64,000 nucleotides of DNA. Origin: an uncultured delta proteobacterium. GTDB lineage: Bacteria; Desulfobacterota; DSM-4660; Desulfatiglandales; HGW-15. Positions 37,211 through 44,845 of the stretch are shown piece after piece (the first letter of the stretch is position 1; the number at the start of each line of letters is the position of its first letter). A program made the translations under genes and the position numbers. The notes beneath the pieces were generated by a model that ran no database searches, was not told where the DNA came from, and saw only the letters and a program-made list of their open reading frames with translations. Location of the stretch: positions 6,104 to 70,103 of the forward strand of contig CAVPDE010000001.1 in the NCBI GenBank assembly GCA_963702565.1, written 5' to 3'.

Positions 37211-39851
37211 GAAGGGAGCCGCTCGGAGCGACGCTGCCGATCCCGGGTTCGATAGAGCATGACTCGGCATGAGTAGACGTCCACGACAGGTTGGCCGATT
37301 CCCCGGCGTGAATGGTCTGAGGGGTCGCCGTTATGCTGGCCGTTGGCATTGGCGCAGACCCCAGGGAGACGACCAGGTCAACCAGTGAGCCTCCTGCCAC
37401 AGAGGTTCCGGCTGCCGGATTCTGGCTGATCACCAGGCCCTCTGCAACCGTGGCGCTGTATTGATGCGACGTTGTTCCAACAGCGAGTCCTGCCGCGGTG
37501 ATGGTCGCTCCCGCATCCATCTGGGAAAGCCCCACCACATCAGGGACCTGAATCGTTCCCGGGAGAGTCACGATGGTTACAGAATTGACCTGTCCAGCAA
37601 CAATGCCACTCGCACCACTCCAGTACTGACCGCCTTGATAATCAGCCCTGAAGTCGTATGTGCCCCCAGGGAGGGTGAAGAATGCCTTGCCGCTCCCGTT
37701 TGTCGTTCCGGACACTCCCACATACGCACCCGCTGCCGAAAAAACATACACGTTCACTCCGGGCAAAGGAAGTCCTGAGCCGGTGACTGTAACCTCCGCA
37801 TCCCCCATAGGGATGCTGACCGTGGCGTTCTGCCATTGGAACACCTCGGACCAGTAATGCTGGCCCAGGTAATCCGCTCTCACCTTGTAAGCCTGAATGG
37901 GCAGATGGAAGGTGACCTGTCCGTTGCCGTCGGTCAGCTGGGACTGGCCCAGGTAAGCGCCCGATGCCGTGAAGAGGTAAACCGGCACTCCTGCCATGGG
38001 GCTGGATCCCTGGTTCACCCCCTGCACACTGATCACGACGTCCTGGTGGGGGATCGTAAGCGTTCCGGACAAGGACGCTGGAACGGAAAAAATGTCGCTC
38101 CAGAACTGGTATCCGAGATGGTCAGCACGGAATTTATAGCTGCCATTGGAAAGATTGAAAGAGACCCCCCCGGTACTATTGCTGGCGCCGCTCATGCCGA
38201 GATAACTGCCCGCTCCGCTGAATACGTAACAATTCACTCCGCTAATAGGAGCTGCCGGGCCCTTCTGGATGGTCAGGGCGAATGCTCCGCCCCCGGTGGA
38301 TACGGTGACAGGATTTATTTGCCCTGCGATGAGAGACTCCACCCCGCTCCAATACTGGCTGGACTGGTAGTCGGCTCGATACTTGTAGGAGCCTGCGGGG
38401 AGACCGAAAACAACTTTCCCGCTGGAGTCGGTCGAACTGGAGATTCCAAGATAGGCGCCGGCCTCTGAGAACACGTACACATTCACACCGGGCAAAGGGA
38501 GCCCTGAGCTGGTCACCGTCACCTCAGAATCCCCCATCGGGATGGTAACGGTCTTGTCCTGCCACGTGAAGGGTTCTGACCAGAACTGCTGGCCAAGATA
38601 ATCGGCCCGAATCTTGTAAGCGCTCTCAGGGAGGTTGAAGATCACTTCCCCGCTGCTGTTTGTCACGAGGGATTGGCCGAGGTATGAGCCGGAAGCCGTG
38701 AAAAGATAAACACTTAGGCCCTGCATCGGATAGGGGCTTCCCTGGTTCAAGCCATCCACTCTGACCGTCACATCCTGATGCTGTATTGTGAGCGCGCCTG
38801 ACAGGGACGCCGGAACGGAATAGACATCGCTCCAGAACTGGTACCCGAGATAGTCCACCCGGAACTTGTAGGTGCCATTGGATAGATTAACGGAGACCAA
38901 GCCGCCTGAATCGGTCGTTCGGCTGATGCCCAAGTAAGTCCCCGCTTCATTGAACAGATAGCAGTTCACTCCGGCCAGAGGATCTGACGCACCTCTTTGG
39001 ACGGTCAAGCTGAACGATCCGCCTCCGGTCGATATGGCGACGGGGTTGGTTTGACCGCCAACGATAGGCTCCTCGCTGCTCCAGAATTGGCTGGCCTGGT
39101 AGTCGGCCCGGTACTTGTAAGACCCTGCTGGAAGGGTGAAAACCGCCTTGCCGCTGGAGTCAGTAGTACCGTGGACTCCGAGATATGCACCTGCCGGCGA
39201 GAAGACGTACACATTCACACCGGGCAAAGGGAGCCCTGAGCCGGTCACTGTTATCTCCGCATTCCCCATGGAAATAGTGACTGTCTCGTCCTGCCACTGG
39301 AAAACCTCTGACCAGTACTGTCGGCCAAGGTAGTCCACCCGTGCTTTGTAAGATTTCTCGGGAAGGTTGAAGACCGCCTCTCCGTTGCTATCAGTTACCC
39401 GGGATTGCCCCATGTAAGACCCCGAGCCCGTGAAGAGATAAACTTTCAACCCTTGCATCGGGTACGGGGTTCCCTGGTTCAAGCCCTCCACCCCAATCAC
39501 TACCTCCTCATGGGGGATCGTCAGAACGCCGGACACGGAAGTGGGAACCGAATAGATCTGGCTCCAGAACTGGTACCCGAGATAGTCTATGCGGAATTTG
39601 TAAGAGCCGTCGGCAAGATCGAACGTCACATCCCCACTGCTGTTGGTGGCTCCCGCTTTGCCCAGATAGCTGCCCCCTCCGCTGAATACATAACAGTTCA
39701 CCCCGACCAGCGGCTCCGTCTCGCTCTTATTCACTGTCAGGGTGAACGGAGTGCCAGGGTCGCCGTAGACAGGCAGAGCGCTGAGGTTCACAAAACAAAA
39801 CAGGGCCAGAAGGCAGAAGAGATTCCTAGTCGAGGTTGTCTTTGGGGCCAT
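34737..39851 (-). CDS. Main RHS/YD-repeat polymorphic toxin: Sec signal, nine beta-sandwich repeats (3x3), PASTA, Ig-like, Ca-binding D-rich linker, RHS core (open part up to the first frameshift)
   Basis: The ATG at 39851 follows GGGAGGAGG. Signal peptide MAPKTTSTRNLFCLLALFCFVNLSALPVYG. Repeats are of the type GVNCYVFSG.GSYLG..SSG.V.F.L..GSYKFR.DYLGYQFWS. PASTA is VPDVVGLSQMDAGATITAAGLAVG..GLVISQNPAAGTSV, and many YD repeats follow. Confidence 0.85.
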   Translation of the reverse strand: MAPKTTSTRNLFCLLALFCFVNLSALPVYGDPGTPFTLTVNKSETEPLVGVNCYVFSGGGSYLGKAGATNSSGDVTFDLADGSYKFRIDYLGYQFWSQIYSVPTSVSGVLTIPHEEVVIGVEGLNQGTPYPMQGLKVYLFTGSGSYMGQSRVTDSNGEAVFNLPEKSYKARVDYLGRQYWSEVFQWQDETVTISMGNAEITVTGSGLPLPGVNVYVFSPAGAYLGVHGTTDSSGKAVFTLPAGSYKYRADYQASQFWSSEEPIVGGQTNPVAISTGGGSFSLTVQRGASDPLAGVNCYLFNEAGTYLGISRTTDSGGLVSVNLSNGTYKFRVDYLGYQFWSDVYSVPASLSGALTIQHQDVTVRVDGLNQGSPYPMQGLSVYLFTASGSYLGQSLVTNSSGEVIFNLPESAYKIRADYLGQQFWSEPFTWQDKTVTIPMGDSEVTVTSSGLPLPGVNVYVFSEAGAYLGISSSTDSSGKVVFGLPAGSYKYRADYQSSQYWSGVESLIAGQINPVTVSTGGGAFALTIQKGPAAPISGVNCYVFSGAGSYLGMSGASNSTGGVSFNLSNGSYKFRADHLGYQFWSDIFSVPASLSGTLTIPHQDVVISVQGVNQGSSPMAGVPVYLFTASGAYLGQSQLTDGNGQVTFHLPIQAYKVRADYLGQHYWSEVFQWQNATVSIPMGDAEVTVTGSGLPLPGVNVYVFSAAGAYVGVSGTTNGSGKAFFTLPGGTYDFRADYQGGQYWSGASGIVAGQVNSVTIVTLPGTIQVPDVVGLSQMDAGATITAAGLAVGTTSHQYSATVAEGLVISQNPAAGTSVAGGSLVDLVVSLGSAPMPTASITATPQTIHAGESANLSWTSTHAESCSIEPGIGSVAPSGSLQVTPEVTTTYVITAVGPGGTATDSATVAVTSIPYGRDDDGDELPDWWELAYFPDLSQGRNGDHDGDGFSNYLEYVFNTDPGNQNEVPPSSDSYQDEGLGYAPEEQQGEAGLVAGSIRITNGNALEYREDLSFPSPNSLSFNFRAAYNSRATQTGMLGYGWFHSFGAALNPSSQLGSRTFLKIIDGTGKASYFIQEVTGYYAGVFGERSFVLAEGGGYSWYRLDGSRYAFTSAGRLSSMEDEKGNALALAYDGEGRLQTVTDNASGRVLTFNYTSGLLTSITGPVTAAVDDGIWVEYGYDGNQNLTTVTYADGSGITYVYNDANDVHNLTQKKDSLNHILREWSYNTNDQATVCRSPDGKGVELVTYQPNQVQVKDVYDITRTYALVTVDGLKRLGSMTGTTNAPYAESNAVEWVYDEWGRLSEVEYGGGRIDRYQNYDERGNPGTVILAYGSPEQRTIYYTFHPDMNVPLTRTEASVLGGGNKVTIWDYDDDYDATANESPTLLLSRIVEQGHTKDINNTTQAYAYVTTFTYNAKGQVLSVDGPRAGSGDMTTFTYNSSTGNLESVTQPHIGSTYFAVYDNAGRPGTITDVNSQAKGFSYDGRGRITSITNFADDPDSSTQFAYVGGLLVSVTDPDGVIQGFQYDNYARLWKILDRGANYIRHDYEVYPRGNVVERGKYTSGDERKSRTRWSYEHPSYPGRLYREIQSDDTYREYGYDDAGNVSSMEDPNGNLTTYGYDFMDRIEEVAQWVNDPSLRDVVTGYGYDGQGNLASVTDANSHVTTYVYDDLGRVVSTTSPDTGITRYAYDEAGNLRYEEGRQGCDG

Positions 39852-40321
39852 CTTTTCCTCCTCCCAATATGTGGTCAATGAGCCCAGTTTCTTCTTCTGT
39901 TATTTCAACCGCGTCTGAGAAAACCTGCTTAAGTCTTAATCCGATGGAGCCAGTTAGGGTTACTGTTGGCAATCTGGAATTTGACTTCTTGCTGGGACTG
40001 GAACTGAAAGCAAGGGATGAAGAAACACTTCTCGCATTTCTGTACGCAATTGCGGTGCCAGAACTTGGTCTTCCGGAGAGTAATTTCTCTTAGGAAACGT
40101 AGCTAAACGAGAACACGGCCCTATGTATTCACTGCCTCGCCTTCCACAGCAAGGTGAGCCGGCATTTTGCGGAGCTCTTGCTCCGAGGGATTGCACAATT
40201 CCTTGTGCTGCACTGCACAGAAAAGAGTGCAGAGGGAACGCAGAAGTCGGCTTCAAGGGTTTGTACTTACGGCTACTCCGTCTTCATTTCCGACAGATGA
40301 TCCTTCCACGTATGATAAACT

Positions 40322-40396
40322 GGGACGCTGTTAGGTTTTAAGGTTGCTAGCGATCGTCTCTTGGAAACCTAAAAACTATAGGATGTCCCCATTCTC
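40322..40396 (-). repeat. Hairpin element, copy E0 (enlarged loop), ~470 bp upstream of the main RHS start
   Basis: GGGACGCTGTTAGGTTTTAAGGTTGCTAGCGATCGTCTCTTGGAAACCTAAAAACTATAGGATGTCCCCATTCTC. Confidence 0.8.
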
Positions 40397-40433
40397 CCAC
40401 CCAGGCACTTCTTCTTGCCCCCTGCTCTCCGCT

Positions 40434-41196
40434 CTACGCTCTGCGCTGGTTCACCTTCACCAAAAAGATGAATTTGGAAGTCGCCGGACCGATAATCACC
40501 TGGTTCTCCTGCTTGTCAAGCCGCTCTCGCGTCACGCTGGTCCGGTGTCCGATCTCCTTGCCGTTCACGATGGTGCCGAACGCGCTCCCGCGGTCAATGA
40601 CCCAAACCCCTCCCCTTTCATTCTGAATGGCAAGGTGATTCCTCGACACCCTGTACGGCTCCTTCTCCTTGAGGAAGAGATCATTGTTGTAGAAAACGTC
40701 GGTGTCCGTGTTCTTCGAATCCCTCCCGATCAGAAAAGGGAACTTTGAAATGGTTCTCTTGCAGTCTCCCAGCGCTTTCCGCGCTTCTGCCGTTTGCCCC
40801 TCCAGGATCACTTCAAAAGCCTGCTCCCTGGTCTCTCCTGCCGCACTCCGCTCGGCAAGCCTGTCGCTCGCCTGCCTCAGCCTTTCAAACAGGCTTTTGA
40901 TGATGGGGATCAGAACCGAGGGCTTTTTCTGAAGCAGTTCATTGAACCCCTCGCGGCTGATGACCCGAAGTTTCAGCTCCGTCATCGCCCTGACCGTGGC
41001 CGAACGAGGGCGATCCTCGATCAGACCCATCTCGCCGAAAACCTGGCCTTCCCCCAGGGTGGCCACCACGATCTCCTTGTCGCCGGACTTCTTGAGGATT
41101 TCCACAGACTCCGGAAAGTACAATGAAGGCGGACGTGCCCTTGGTCCCCTCTCGGATAACGATTTCTCCCGGTCCAAAAACCTTGATGTCTTCCAT
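40434..41196 (-). pseudogene. cNMP-binding domain + FHA domain protein with an apparent 1-nt frameshift near 41107
   Basis: ORF 40939..41196 (MEDIKVFGPGEIVIREGTKGTSAFIVLSG) is the first half of a cNMP-binding fold. The second half (VEILKKSGDKEIVVATLGEGQVFGEMGLIEDRPRSATV) continues in the 311-aa ORF frame. The C-terminus is FHA-like (FPFLIGR..VSRNHLAI..VIDRGSAFGTIVNG). Confidence 0.65.
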
Positions 41197-41423
41197 TCCT
41201 TACTCCCTGACCCCTTCTTTGCAGGGTTCCTTGATATCATACTCGCAGGTTTCTTGACAGCCTGCGTTCTCGAAGCGGGTTTGAGAGCGTTCCCGGCCCT
41301 CTCCCGGCCGGAATCACACGGTATCGTTGGTCCTTGACGGATAAGGGGTATTTTCATATACTTACCCATTCGGTCGGCTCCACTGCTCGATCAGCTATTA
41401 AGGCAGTCAGAAGAGGTTCGGCC

Positions 41424-42725
41424 ATGCTCGACGAAATCATCCACAACAAGGATCTTCAGAAGTATCTCAAAACCTATCAAAAGGGCGACTCCCTTTTTGT
41501 GGAAGGGGATGAATCTCAGGACCTCTACTTCCTGGTCTCCGGCCACCTTGAAGTGCTCAAGGGGGACAAGAAGATCGCGGAAATCACGGAACCCGGCGCT
41601 CTTTTCGGGGAACTCTCCTTCCTGCTGGGAGCAAAAAGAACGGCGACGGTTCAGGCTGAGAACGAAGTCAGGGTTCTTCGCATTCCTAAGAACGAGGTGT
41701 CCACCTTCCTCAAAGAATTCCCCACAGTCGCCGAGAAGATTACCGAAATCATCGCTCGCAGGCTCGATGAATCGAGCCAGGCCGTCTATGGGCTGAGACA
41801 AATCTGTGACAAGCTGCCGGATGCCGTGATGCTCACGGACCTGGGCGGTAAAGTGGTCGCATGGAACGCCGCCGCCGAAAAGCTCTACGGCAGAAACTGG
41901 CATCACATGCGTGGGACTTCTGCCGAAGACATCTACGAACAACCGCAGGTTTACCGGGAGCTTTTACAGGAGATACAAAGCAAAACATCGGTTCCGGAGA
42001 GGGTCCTCAAAGTCAGACACCCTGAAAAAGGAACCCGTTACGTCTCGACCAGCACCACGCTTCTCCATGACAGCCAGAACAACATCCAGAGTCTCCTGTG
42101 GCTGGGCCGTGACGTCACGGCTGCACACCGGATGGAACGCAGGTATCGCCGGGCCCGTTACTGGCTCATTCCTTCGCTGATCCTGCTGGTCCTATTAGCC
42201 ACGACGGTCATTGTGGGATTCCCCTATTTCTCAAAGGGCGTCCAAACCATGGACACCAGGAAACTGGAGCTCAGGAACCTTCTGGCCAAGGACTATCTCC
42301 TTCTGAAGTCTTTGTTGGCCGAGCCGTTGGCGCAAGGGGATCGGACGAACACGACGAAGGTTCTTAAGGAGTTCTTCGACATTCAGGTCACCAAGCAGTG
42401 TCCCTACAGCGGAATCGTTTTGCTGGACAGGCAAAGAAAGGTGTTTGACGCTTTATCCTTACGGCCCGGTTTCGATGCTCAGACCGTGATCGGCACCCCT
42501 TACACGGGAATAGAATTCCAGGGCTCGGAAAAATCCCTGTACCGCGTCCTGGTCCTCTACCGTGCAGACAAAGACAACCCCATGGGCCGCAAAGGCATCG
42601 AGATCGCCTTTGACCTCAGAGAGAACGAGCGGACGATCGGATGGTTGCTCTTCCAAATGGATATGGATTGCATGAAAACCAACTACGACGTGGATGAGGA
42701 AGGATTGAGAAACCTTCAATCCTAG
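41424..42725 (+). CDS. cNMP-binding + PAS + transmembrane sensor protein without a recognisable output domain
   Basis: cNMP fold (LFVEGDESQDLYFLVSGHLEV..FGELSFLLGAKRTATV), PAS-like segment (AVMLTDLGGKVVAWNAAAEKLYG), one TM segment and an extracytoplasmic C-terminal domain. The ATG at 41424 is preferred over 41334. Confidence 0.7.
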   Translation: MLDEIIHNKDLQKYLKTYQKGDSLFVEGDESQDLYFLVSGHLEVLKGDKKIAEITEPGALFGELSFLLGAKRTATVQAENEVRVLRIPKNEVSTFLKEFPTVAEKITEIIARRLDESSQAVYGLRQICDKLPDAVMLTDLGGKVVAWNAAAEKLYGRNWHHMRGTSAEDIYEQPQVYRELLQEIQSKTSVPERVLKVRHPEKGTRYVSTSTTLLHDSQNNIQSLLWLGRDVTAAHRMERRYRRARYWLIPSLILLVLLATTVIVGFPYFSKGVQTMDTRKLELRNLLAKDYLLLKSLLAEPLAQGDRTNTTKVLKEFFDIQVTKQCPYSGIVLLDRQRKVFDALSLRPGFDAQTVIGTPYTGIEFQGSEKSLYRVLVLYRADKDNPMGRKGIEIAFDLRENERTIGWLLFQMDMDCMKTNYDVDEEGLRNLQS

Positions 42726-42729
42726 GGCC

Positions 42730-43875
42730 ATGCACAGTTCAAAGGGCCAAGAATCATGGGCTTACGAGACCTCGGACGACCGCAAAGGGGGATTGATCCT
42801 GCACCTTACGGGCCGGATGGATTCCGCAAATGCCGGGGCCATGTTGCGCGATCTCGGGCCTCTCATTCACACCAAGGCCCCCGTCTCTCTCACCGTGGAC
42901 CTCTCTGAAGTGACGTATGTGGACGACTTCGGTGTGCTCGTCCTGATTCAGCTGAGGCACATGATGACCGATCAGAGCGGTGCGTTTTCCCTCCTTCATG
43001 CCTCCGACAAGATCAGGGAAATCCTCTCTCTTCTCCACTTCGATGACCTGACGGAAAAAGTCCCCCTGACCAAGAAACAGATCCCAAACATCTTTATCCG
43101 CCTCGGAGATGCGACCCTCCGCCACATCAATGATTTACGGTACCTCACCTCTTTCACCGGATCGGTTTTTCTTGCCCTTCTCTACGTCCTTCGACATCCC
43201 CGTTCCTTGAGGAGGGAAGACACGGTCCTCGCCATGCAAAAGACAGGGGTGGATGCTTTGCCCATCGTGGGCTTGATCAGTTTCCTGCTGGGGTTGATTA
43301 TCGCGTTCATGTCTTCGGTCCAGCTCCGGCAGTTCGGCGCGGACATTTACGTCGCCTCCCTTGTGAGCCTGGCCATGACCCGGGAGTTGGGGCCTATCAT
43401 GACGGCGATCATTGTCGCCGGCCGGTCAGGGTCTGCGTTCGCCGCCGAAATCGGCACCATGCGAATATCGGAGGAAATCGACGCTCTCTTCACCATGGGA
43501 TTTGACCCGACTCGATTTCTGGCCATCCCCAAGGTCATCGCCTCCCTCGTCGTGGTCCCCCTTTTGACCCTGTTTTCCGACGTTTTCGCCATTCTGGGCG
43601 GCCTGGTCGTCGGCGTTTTGATGCTCGATCTGACCGCTAATGCTTACATGGCTCAGACTTTTATGACCCTCACGCCTTTTGACGTTTTCCTGGGTGTTCT
43701 CAAGAGCGCGGTGTTCGCCTTCCTGATTTCCTGGATCGGCTGTTTTCGAGGCTTTCGAGTGCGGGGAGGCGCGGCAGGCGTTGGAGAAGCCACGACCTCT
43801 GCGGTGGTGAGCAGCATTTTCCTGATCATCCTGACGGACTCCGTCTTCTCCGTGATTCTTCGATACTGGGGGTAG
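42730..43875 (+). CDS. mlaE: STAS domain fused to MlaE-type ABC permease
   Basis: N-terminal STAS-like ~100 aa (LTVDLSEVTYVDDFGVLVLIQL), then the MlaE permease pattern (RELGPIMTAIIVAGRSGSAFAAEIGTMRISEEIDAL). Confidence 0.8.
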   Translation: MHSSKGQESWAYETSDDRKGGLILHLTGRMDSANAGAMLRDLGPLIHTKAPVSLTVDLSEVTYVDDFGVLVLIQLRHMMTDQSGAFSLLHASDKIREILSLLHFDDLTEKVPLTKKQIPNIFIRLGDATLRHINDLRYLTSFTGSVFLALLYVLRHPRSLRREDTVLAMQKTGVDALPIVGLISFLLGLIIAFMSSVQLRQFGADIYVASLVSLAMTRELGPIMTAIIVAGRSGSAFAAEIGTMRISEEIDALFTMGFDPTRFLAIPKVIASLVVVPLLTLFSDVFAILGGLVVGVLMLDLTANAYMAQTFMTLTPFDVFLGVLKSAVFAFLISWIGCFRGFRVRGGAAGVGEATTSAVVSSIFLIILTDSVFSVILRYWG

Positions 43876-43876
43876 C

Positions 43877-44058
43877 ATCAGACATTGAGCATTCAACAGT
43901 GAGAGAGGACAGAATACAGCGTACAGAAAGCAGTAGAAAAAGCCAGTGATCAGTAATCAGTCGGAAGTGAACAGCGGGAGAAGACAGAAGACGGGAGTAA
44001 AACCAGTAAGCAGGGAACACTAATCGGAGCACGGTGAACGATCAACGGTGAACGGTTA
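43877..44058. repeat. Intergenic block of 7-8 bp periodic words (CAGTA / ACAGA / GGTGAACG types) between mlaE and mlaF
   Basis: CAGTAATCAGTCGG (43951-43964) matches CAGTATTCAGTCGG at 17946-17959. AGTAAAACCA (43996-44005) matches 17968-17977. GAAGACAGAAGAC is the complement of words at 49488-49510. Confidence 0.6.
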
Positions 44059-44832
44059 ATGATGAACAGGCAGCCGATCATTCAGGTGAAAGACCTTGTC
44101 GCGCGGTACGGAGAGGAGACGATTCTGGAAGGCGTCTCCTTTGAGGTTTACGAAGGAGAGATCTTTGTCATCCTCGGAGGAAGCGGGTGCGGCAAGAGCA
44201 CACTTCTCAAGCACTTGATCGGGCTCATCCGGCCTTATCGAGGGCAGGTCATCGTTGACGGCGAGGATATCACGCATGCGGACTCTCAGGGCTATCACCG
44301 CCTTTTGAGAAAAATCGGCATCCTCTACCAGGGCGGCGCCCTCTTCGGTTCCATGACGCTTGCCGAGAACGTCGCTCTCCCCATCATGGAATACACCGAT
44401 CTCTCCTCGGACCTCGTGTCTGCTCTCGTTCGGATGAAGCTGAACCTCGTCCAGCTGGAAGGGTATGAAGACTACCTGCCGTCTGAGATCAGCGGCGGGA
44501 TGAAAAAGCGGGCCGGCCTTGCCCGAGCCATGGCTCTCAACCCGAGAATCCTTTTCTTTGACGAGCCTTCGGCAGGACTCGATCCGGTCACTTCGGCAGG
44601 GCTGGACCGTCTTATCTTGCACTTGAACAAAAGTCTGGGAACCACCATGGTCATCGTCACCCATGAACTCCAAAGCATTCTCACCGTGGCTCAGAGGGTG
44701 ATCATGCTGGATAAAGGAACCAAGGGAATTGTCGCGGAAGGGGATCCCGTCCACCTTCGCGAGACCAGCCGCAACCCTCTGGTCTGGCGGTTTTTCAATC
44801 GCCAGCCCGAGGAGAGCGCACACCCGGCATAA
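44059..44832 (+). CDS. mlaF: ABC transporter ATP-binding protein (MlaF-like)
   Basis: Walker A GGSGCGKST, signature LSGGM-like ISGGMKKR and Walker B ILFFDEP. Confidence 0.88.
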   Translation: MMNRQPIIQVKDLVARYGEETILEGVSFEVYEGEIFVILGGSGCGKSTLLKHLIGLIRPYRGQVIVDGEDITHADSQGYHRLLRKIGILYQGGALFGSMTLAENVALPIMEYTDLSSDLVSALVRMKLNLVQLEGYEDYLPSEISGGMKKRAGLARAMALNPRILFFDEPSAGLDPVTSAGLDRLILHLNKSLGTTMVIVTHELQSILTVAQRVIMLDKGTKGIVAEGDPVHLRETSRNPLVWRFFNRQPEESAHPA

Positions 44833-44845
44833 AGGGGCATGATTC

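Noticed and set aside
34737-39851. T6SS- or Tc-toxin-associated RHS.
   Set aside because: There is no PAAR, VgrG, Hcp, DUF4150, TcA/TcB or chaperone gene within the window, and the protein starts with a Sec-type signal peptide. The secretion route is left open.
39852-40321. ORFs 39836..40093(+) and 39960..40256(-) in the RHS 5' leader.
   Set aside because: They have no SD, no recognisable domains and mutually overlap. The region is treated as an untranslated leader or promoter region of the RHS gene.
23775-40396. Interpretation of the boundary hairpin elements as integron attC sites. E0 does contain GTTAGGT, which fits GTTRRRY.
   Set aside because: The other three copies read GTAGGT rather than GTTRRRY. 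No matching inverse core (RYYYAAC) is present, no intI integrase is in the window, and the cassettes are joined by RHS homology rather than by attC x attC junctions. It is kept only as an unexplained element.
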